The position numbers and the translations under genes were made by a program. A stretch of 63,910 bases of DNA, filler included, from Intoshia linei (lineage: Eukaryota > Animalia > Orthonectida), in assembly GCA_001642005.1 (NCBI GenBank). It is 7 parts of 7 records of this genome, joined end to end, with 100 filler letters (N's around TTAATTAATTAA, not from the genome) between each part and the next. Parts side by side here need not be neighbours in the genome. Positions count along the whole stretch, not along the records: positions 54,484 to 58,119 come from LWCA01002060.1; positions 58,220 to 62,574 come from LWCA01001973.1; positions 62,675 to 63,910 come from LWCA01002714.1; 4 more parts are not named here. One strand, 5' to 3'. Shown here piece by piece: positions 57,457 to 63,910 of this stretch. The stretch's first letter is position 1. The number at the start of each line of letters is the position of its first letter. Under the pieces are notes generated by a model that had not been told where the DNA came from, did no database searches, and saw only the letters and a list, made by a program, of their open reading frames with translations.

Positions 57457-57957
57457 AGGAGGGTATAAATAAATTTTAGACCACAAATTACTTGTCGAGG
57501 GGCATAGATAAATTATGACCAAAAAATTTCATTTAATTTGCTATTTATTGTGTTTTAATATTAAATCATTCACAAAGTTATGTCGTTTTTATTGATACAA
57601 TTGATTAGAAACGCTTTATTACCGATAAGATTTCACATCTTTCGAAATATAAAATATTTTTTAACAATCATATGTGCGACCACATCAGATGAGAACGTAA
57701 TTTATTTAAATCTACATTTATTCAACGGCCATTTAGACGAAATATTTTAATGATTTTGAGGGACATTTACGTCATATTTTACTGTATGAGTACTTTAAGG
57801 ACCTTAGTAGAGTTGTAGCTACCAAAAATATATGTGATGTTTATGGTAAGGATGTTTTAAATGACAGAAAATGTCAAAGATAGTTTAAAAGATTTCGAAA
57901 TGAAAACTACACCCTAATGGATTTCCAACGTTCCGGTAGACCTTCAACTGTTGATAT
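57457..57957 (+). mobile_element. mariner element 5' fragment
   Basis: HLRHILLYEY...ATKNICDVYGKDVLNDRKCQR*FKRFRNENYTLMDFQRSGRPS is a Mos1-type HTH; ends at a TTAA|CC piggyBac-like terminus. Confidence 0.85.
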
Positions 57958-58249
57958 TAACCTATCTACTCCCAGACAAATTTTTCCAATTTTTTGGCTT
58001 CGATTTTTCTAAAAATTTGGGAAGTTAATACATACTTGCCTATTTCTCACCATATATAATTTTAAGTAATTACCAATTGTAGTTATGGAGTTATTTCACA
58101 TTCCATATGTTCACATTGGNNNNNNNNNNNNNNNNNNNNNNNNNNNNNNNNNNNNNNNNNNNNTTAATTAATTAANNNNNNNNNNNNNNNNNNNNNNNNN
58201 NNNNNNNNNNNNNNNNNNNATATATTCGCTACAACGTTATACTCTAACT

Positions 58250-58984
58250 CAGTGTTTCTCAACCTTTTTCACTGTGCGAAACCTTTATGAAATTTTAAAA
58301 AATCGCGGCACCTAAAAGCATGATCAAAAATTTTTTTTCGCATGTCGCATATATAAAACAATTTGATTTTTAATTAAAAAATTACGCTTCTAATATTGAA
58401 AACATAAATTGTTTTATAAAGAATCTTATATTTTCTTCTCAATGAGCAATTTGGGCTTGATATTTTTTACCGAGGTTTTTAATTCTTGCACGTGTTTTGA
58501 GAGACATACACAAAGTTCTTCTTCTACCTACAGCAGCTTTGTTCGTTTCTTATGCTTAATTGCTGTCAACGCAAGTAAGATTATAATTTGTATCTTTTCT
58601 AGTTAATACGTAACAATAAGAACCACTAATATAACATTAATCCATTTTATAACTTGTTTTGATCAAAATAAGTACTGAATATGTTAAAATGCAAAGTTAA
58701 ATTATAGGAAATCAGAAAAACTGGCTTACAATATATATTTTTAAATTCTAAAAAAGATAATTTAAAATAAACACAAAAAATATTTTAATTAAGTTTATCG
58801 ATTCTATAATATGATTCAAAATATGATTTTTGGTTTTATTAATTTAGAAACTTATCAATTTACATTTAAATTTATTTATTTCGAAAAACTTTAAATTGAA
58901 AAATATAGCATTTATATTTCACAGAACCCCAATGAAATTTTGCGGAACCCCTGGGTTCCGCGGAACACGGGCTGAGAACCATTG
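58250..58984 (-). mobile_element. hAT (Charlie) deletion derivative
   Basis: CAGTGTTTCTCAACC ... GGCTGAGAACCATTG; TSD CTCTAACT/CTTTAACA; transposase tail LTAIKHKKRTKL...QAQIAH*. Confidence 0.8.
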
Positions 58985-59189
58985 CTTTAACAAATTAAAT
59001 TATTAATACCTGCAACTAGTACATCAGTTAAAGTAATGCTGCCAGAAGTACGTTTTTTTGTAAAAGTACGTTTTAGGCAGCAGTGATAAAAACGTACTAA
59101 AAATTTAATACGCTATGATATACGATTAATTCAAATACAATGTAATGTGAAATCATTTGAAATTTAAATAATACAATATTTTAATTAAA

Positions 59190-59905
59190 TTTTAATTTAA
59201 TATTGTATTTGATATAATCTAAAACTAAAAACTTGTAAAATTCCAATTCAACAGAATAATTTTGTAACTAAGTAATATGANNNNNNNNNNNNATGAAATT
59301 TCAAAAAACCGCGGCACCTAAAAGCATAATCAAAAATTTTTTTTCGCATGTCGCATATATACAACAATTTGATTTTTAAATTAAATTTTAATTTACAATT
59401 GTATTTTATATAGTCTAAAACTAAAAACTTGTAAAATTCCAATTCAACAGAATAATTTTGTAACTAAGTAATATGAATACGTTTTTAATCTGGCGGCTAT
59501 TGGATTACTTGGCTACTCTGGATTATTTTCTGCAGTGGGGTTATTTAAGTGTATTTGTAGAACTATGATTACGCAAGAATTAATTGAAACTGAATTTTAT
59601 AATACAATAAAAACTTCATGTCTAATAAAATATATTAATAACTAATTTTTTGATNTTTTAATTTAATATTGTATTTGATATAATCTAAAACTAAAAACTT
59701 GTAAAATTCCAATTCAACAGAATAATTTTGTAACTAAGTAATATGACTACGTTTTTAATCTGGCGACTATAGATTATTTTCTGCAGTGGGGTTATTCAAG
59801 TGTATTTGTAGAACTATGATTACGCAAGAATTAATTAAAACTGAATTTTAAAATACAATAAAAACTTCATGTCTAATAAAATATATTAATAACTAATTTT
59901 TTGAT
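59190..59905. repeat. two to three local copies of a ~250-bp segment, separated by N gaps
   Basis: AAAACTAAAAACTTGTAAAATTCCAATTCAACAGAATAA at about 59221, 59417 and 59687; probably haplotype or assembly redundancy. Confidence 0.75.
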
Positions 59906-60975
59906 AATAACAAATTTAATAATCGAATTTTAATGATACTAGTCTTTTATAAATGTCGGATATTATCTTCCCCTAAATATCAGTTATTTATTAATAATAA
60001 TGATAATAATAATAGTAAATAGCATAATTTATTTCCTATTTCCATCGAAAATCAGAAATATTAATTTTATTTTTTTATGAACTTTTTACGTTTTGTGAAC
60101 GAAAATTGAAAACTCATTTTAGTAAAATTACTATATAAAATTTGAAAAAAAGTACTTACTGAGTTTAAAAAAAAACGTTTTACTTTGTTTTACTGTACTG
60201 AGTTTTTATTTTTGTAAAACTAAATACCATGTTAAAATTTTACTTGTTTTTACAACAGCGTTAAAAATAATCTAACCTTTATCTTTTATCCATTGCGAGT
60301 ACAAATTGAAGTATTCTCTGAAAAAAGATATTATTATAAGTAATAATTAAGTTAAGTACATTAGAGTGTCACACCCATCAAAGAATTAAGGGAAGTTAGT
60401 GCGGAAATGGTGTATTATCATGATATATAAAATAATCTAAAATGAGGTGTTGCAAAGATGCCGATTCGAGTTGCCCTCATCATTTTAAATATCATTTTAA
60501 ATATCATTTTAAAAATCGTATAGAAAAATGTAACTTTATTTTTTGCAAAAACAACATTTTAATAAGTTGTTATGGTTTATATTTTATGGTCTCAACACAC
60601 ACGCTTAACCATATATCTTAATTTTTAAAATTGGATTCTAGCTCGATTTTTGCGGTTTTTATCGACATTTAAATTTCAGTCATTTGAAAAAGTATTTTGA
60701 AAACTTCTATAAAATAATGGCATAAATAATCGAAATTTGCAAAAAATAAAGTTAAATTTTTCTACACCATTTTCGACAGGATATTTTAAATGATGAGTGC
60801 AACTCGGATAAGTATGATTAGATATTTTTAATTGCGACATAATGCTTCTATTTTAAAAATACACATATTGATTACTAACCGCCCATTAAATTCTAAAAAT
60901 TTAAAAAAAATATGACACGCTAAAGTACATACATGTAATTTAACAGGTAAATTAACATGTAAATATATTCAAATT

Positions 60976-61362
60976 TTACGTGGTTTTTTCTGATTTCGAT
61001 TCTATAAATATACTTTCACAAGATGCTATTTTATCGTAGTAACCATTGTATGGGTAACATTCGAGATAATACGACATTGTGTAATTGTTTCCATCATACC
61101 TTACAATTTTAATAATGTCCATACAAGCCACTTTTACTCGATATTTACACTGGTATGTATCCATAAAATAAATTCCATTAACGTGAAACCCAAAAGTAGT
61201 TAGATGTGGATTTCCTTTACCAAACTGAAAATTTACTACATTAAAGCTTGTTCCATAGTCATCCTAAATATGAAATTTTACTTTTTTAAAAATATTATTT
61301 ACTTTTTCATTATTTTTCTTAACAGTATAACCACCCATACTATTAGTTTGGGTTGAATTTCT
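60976..61362 (-). CDS. orphan protein, terminal exons (approx. 61303-61362 and 60976-61263)
   Basis: Phase-0 GT-AG join NSTQTNSMGGYTVKKNNEK|DDYGTSFNVVNFQFGKGNPHL...CESIFIESKSEKTT*; start not resolved. Confidence 0.45.
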
Positions 61363-62099
61363 GAAAAACGAAACCCATATAAAAATTAAAAACCACATGT
61401 GACAGTTTGATTACAATTTACCAATATATGAACCTTCAGTATATTTAATTGTTTATTTATTAATATTATGTCAATATTAAAATTTTCAAGATAGTAAATT
61501 CACTCATTAAACTGATACTAGAGTACAATTGTCATTAGCGAAAGTGAAATTTTCATAAAAACTTTCACTTTAAAAATTATTATTATTATAGTTGAGTTTA
61601 TATTATCTATCATAAAATAAAAAAACGATAAATTTAAATTACATGCTACTTTATTACTTTTTACGTTTTTTGTTAGTTTGATTCGTATATTTTCAAGATA
61701 TTACAAAATTATTATAAAAAATTTAATATTAAGGCTTTATTATAATATTATGACATAAAAAAATAAAATATACAATATTTTAAAATACATTCTTAAAAGG
61801 AATGCATCATAATTACGCCAATGTTGACTAAAAAGTAATAACGGTACATGGTAATGTTCAGAAAATTAAACTTTATCGAATGTGCATAAACATAATGTGA
61901 TTAAAATTTAAAATTTATTAATACATTTATTTACCATAAAGGTATAACGTAAATAATATAGATGTTCTCAATTTTATATAGTCATGTTTGTAGTTGATAT
62001 GGTCATATTTGCATTTGATAAGGAACTTTCTTTAAAAATTGATTGTAACGATCGTAAATCATAGGCAATAAATATGAACTAAGCCTTAGCTACACCTGA

Positions 62100-62290
62100 G
62101 GCTAGAGTGCCATCAATAATCGCTCATAAACTCATTGTAGATAATATTAGGTAGATGAAATCTACAAGTTACTGAAGGTGAAGGAGGATATCCTATTAGA
62201 TCGCGCTACAAACAGACCTAAACAAATTCAGAATTTTTTCTGCTACAATTGTGAAAGAGATGGACACAACGCAAAAAATTGTCTCAAAAG
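62100..62290 (+). mobile_element. LTR-retrotransposon gag relic with CCHC zinc knuckle
   Basis: FFCYNCERDGHNAKNCLK = C-X2-C-X4-H-X4-C. Confidence 0.7.
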
Positions 62291-62558
62291 TAATTAAAAA
62301 AAGGAGGAAATAAACTCACTTGAAGTAAATATAAAAATAAAACAAACAATTGTGAAAGAGATGGACACAACGCAAAAAATTGTCTCAAAAGTAATTAAAA
62401 AAAGGAGGAAATAAACTCACTTGAAGTAAATATAAAAATAAAACAAACAATTGTGAAAGAGATGGACACAACGCAAAAAATTGTCTCAAAAGTTATTAAA
62501 AAAAGGAGAAAATAAACTCACTTGAAGTAAATATAAAAATAAAACAAACAATTGTGAA
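62245..62558. repeat. tandem repeat, 101-bp unit x3 plus a partial unit
   Basis: Units start at 62245, 62346 and 62447, partial at 62548; only about 2 substitutions, in the third unit. Confidence 0.92.
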
Positions 62559-63037
62559 CGAGTGATAATTAAAANNNNNNNNNNNNNNNNNNNNNNNNNN
62601 NNNNNNNNNNNNNNNNNNTTAATTAATTAANNNNNNNNNNNNNNNNNNNNNNNNNNNNNNNNNNNNNNNNNNNNGTTAAAAACTCTATGATAATTTATAT
62701 ATTAAAATACATAATTTGTATACCTTAAGAAAGTTAAAAATACAAAATTAATTTTATTATTAAATGATTGTGAATAAATTCAATGAGCGTTAATTATCAA
62801 CTGTTAATTAATTGTGAATTGTTATGTAAAAGTTTTCCGCTACTTCTTAATTCGTCTATTTTTTGAGTCTTAATAAGTATTAACAAGTAGAAATTGTCTT
62901 ATATCTAATCTTTTTGTTGATGATGAAAATATTAATTATGTAATTTCACTCATTTAGAAAAATAATTAATTATTAATTGTCGTGTGCATGAAGATAACGA
63001 CGCATCATAGTAACATTTTGTTTTTTTCTAAAAATTA

Positions 63038-63910
63038 TTATACATTTTTATGTATTCCTCCATCTTCTACTATTCTATACATCTTACCTAACGCATGTCT
63101 ACGGTTGCAATCTCTAAATCTAATTTGATTAATTAAATGTACACATTCATAATTATAAACAGCATACATTTGCGTTAAATGATTTCTTATTGCACTATTA
63201 GGTAAATAAATCGCTGCAGTATATTTGTATGTACACAGATTACTTGGTTTGTACCAATCAACACAATATGTGTCAACTAGAAACTCATGTGTGTTAGACC
63301 TTGTCACTAGATTCATTGGTGAGTGGATACATTCACATGGAAAGAGAGCAGACATTCTACCTGTACAAGGTGATCTAGTAAAACAACTCCACATGCGATA
63401 GTCGATATAATAAAGTGAACGCCGTACCCTTACCATCACCAAACTTGACTGTTTTATAACGGAAGAGTTGAACTGTGGAAATACATGTCGAATTGTACGA
63501 AGCACATACACCATAAGTCATTGAAAAGAATGATGATTTTGGTAACTGAAACATATGTGGATTCTGACAATGTTCTGGTAAATAAAAATGTAACGTTGTA
63601 AAAGCTATACTAATTGAAACACATGAGTGATCAGAAACGGTGATATTAATACTCGTTTCAAAAAGATACTTCACTGGAGCAGTTTTCGAGTACCAAAGAT
63701 ATGGTGCATAACTATAACTTTCATAATCAAACCAAGATTGTTTATCAATTTTTAAATTATAATAAGCAGAGTCAGGATAATTTAATAAAGGCATATCAAA
63801 CCACGCACGATTATCTATTTGTCCATATTTCTGCGCATACGTATTGTTAGTCGAGAACGTAAATGTATGCGTATACTAAGCAGCTGTGTAATTAGCTATA
63901 AGTGTGTGGA
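63038..63910 (-). pseudogene. orphan Tyr/Cys-rich coding region with a probable frameshift near 63420
   Basis: Two overlapping ORFs (139 and 158 aa), unusually long for this AT content; internal repeat IDNRAWFD / IDKQSWFD; in-frame TAG near 63877. Confidence 0.55.

Noticed and set aside
59190-59905. Triplicated segment as a biological tandem array
   Set aside because: Copies are separated by N gaps and differ slightly, consistent with uncollapsed haplotypes.
62245-62558. CRISPR-like array
   Set aside because: Whole units repeat with no unique spacers, no cas genes, eukaryotic context.

Overview
Very AT-rich eukaryotic (metazoan) genomic DNA, not prokaryotic. The window is an artificial concatenation of seven scaffold pieces (1-10732, 10833-39111, 39212-43077, 43178-54383, 54484-58119, 58220-62574, 62675-63910), joined by 100-bp linkers (N-run + TTAATTAATTAA + N-run), so synteny across linkers is meaningless. 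Genes are spliced with many ~27-45 nt GT-AG introns, which is why the ORF track shows only fragments. Recognisable genes: ROPN1L (intron carries an IR/DR-type Tc1 element), an unidentified coiled-coil gene, SRPK and PTCD3 head-to-head, ING4/5, GTP-dependent PEPCK, the 3' part of SLC35B4, an intronless galanin/allatostatin-A-like GPCR with DRY changed to DKL, trichoplein (TCHP), and two oppositely oriented pieces of HYDIN. Large introns and intergenic DNA are filled with nested transposon relics: an abundant non-autonomous Helitron family, hAT and piggyBac MITEs, and Tc1/mariner, pogo, MULE, Sola2-like and LTR remnants. Low GC, mini-introns and divergent ciliary genes suggest a compact invertebrate genome such as the orthonectid Intoshia (inference only). 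Best leads: the head-to-head N-terminal/C-terminal HYDIN pieces, a divergent pair of unannotated microprotein ORFs with mostly synonymous differences, and a possible lineage-specific Tyr/Cys-rich gene family. No clearly novel multi-gene system can be supported. Gene identities rest on remembered family motifs, not database searches.
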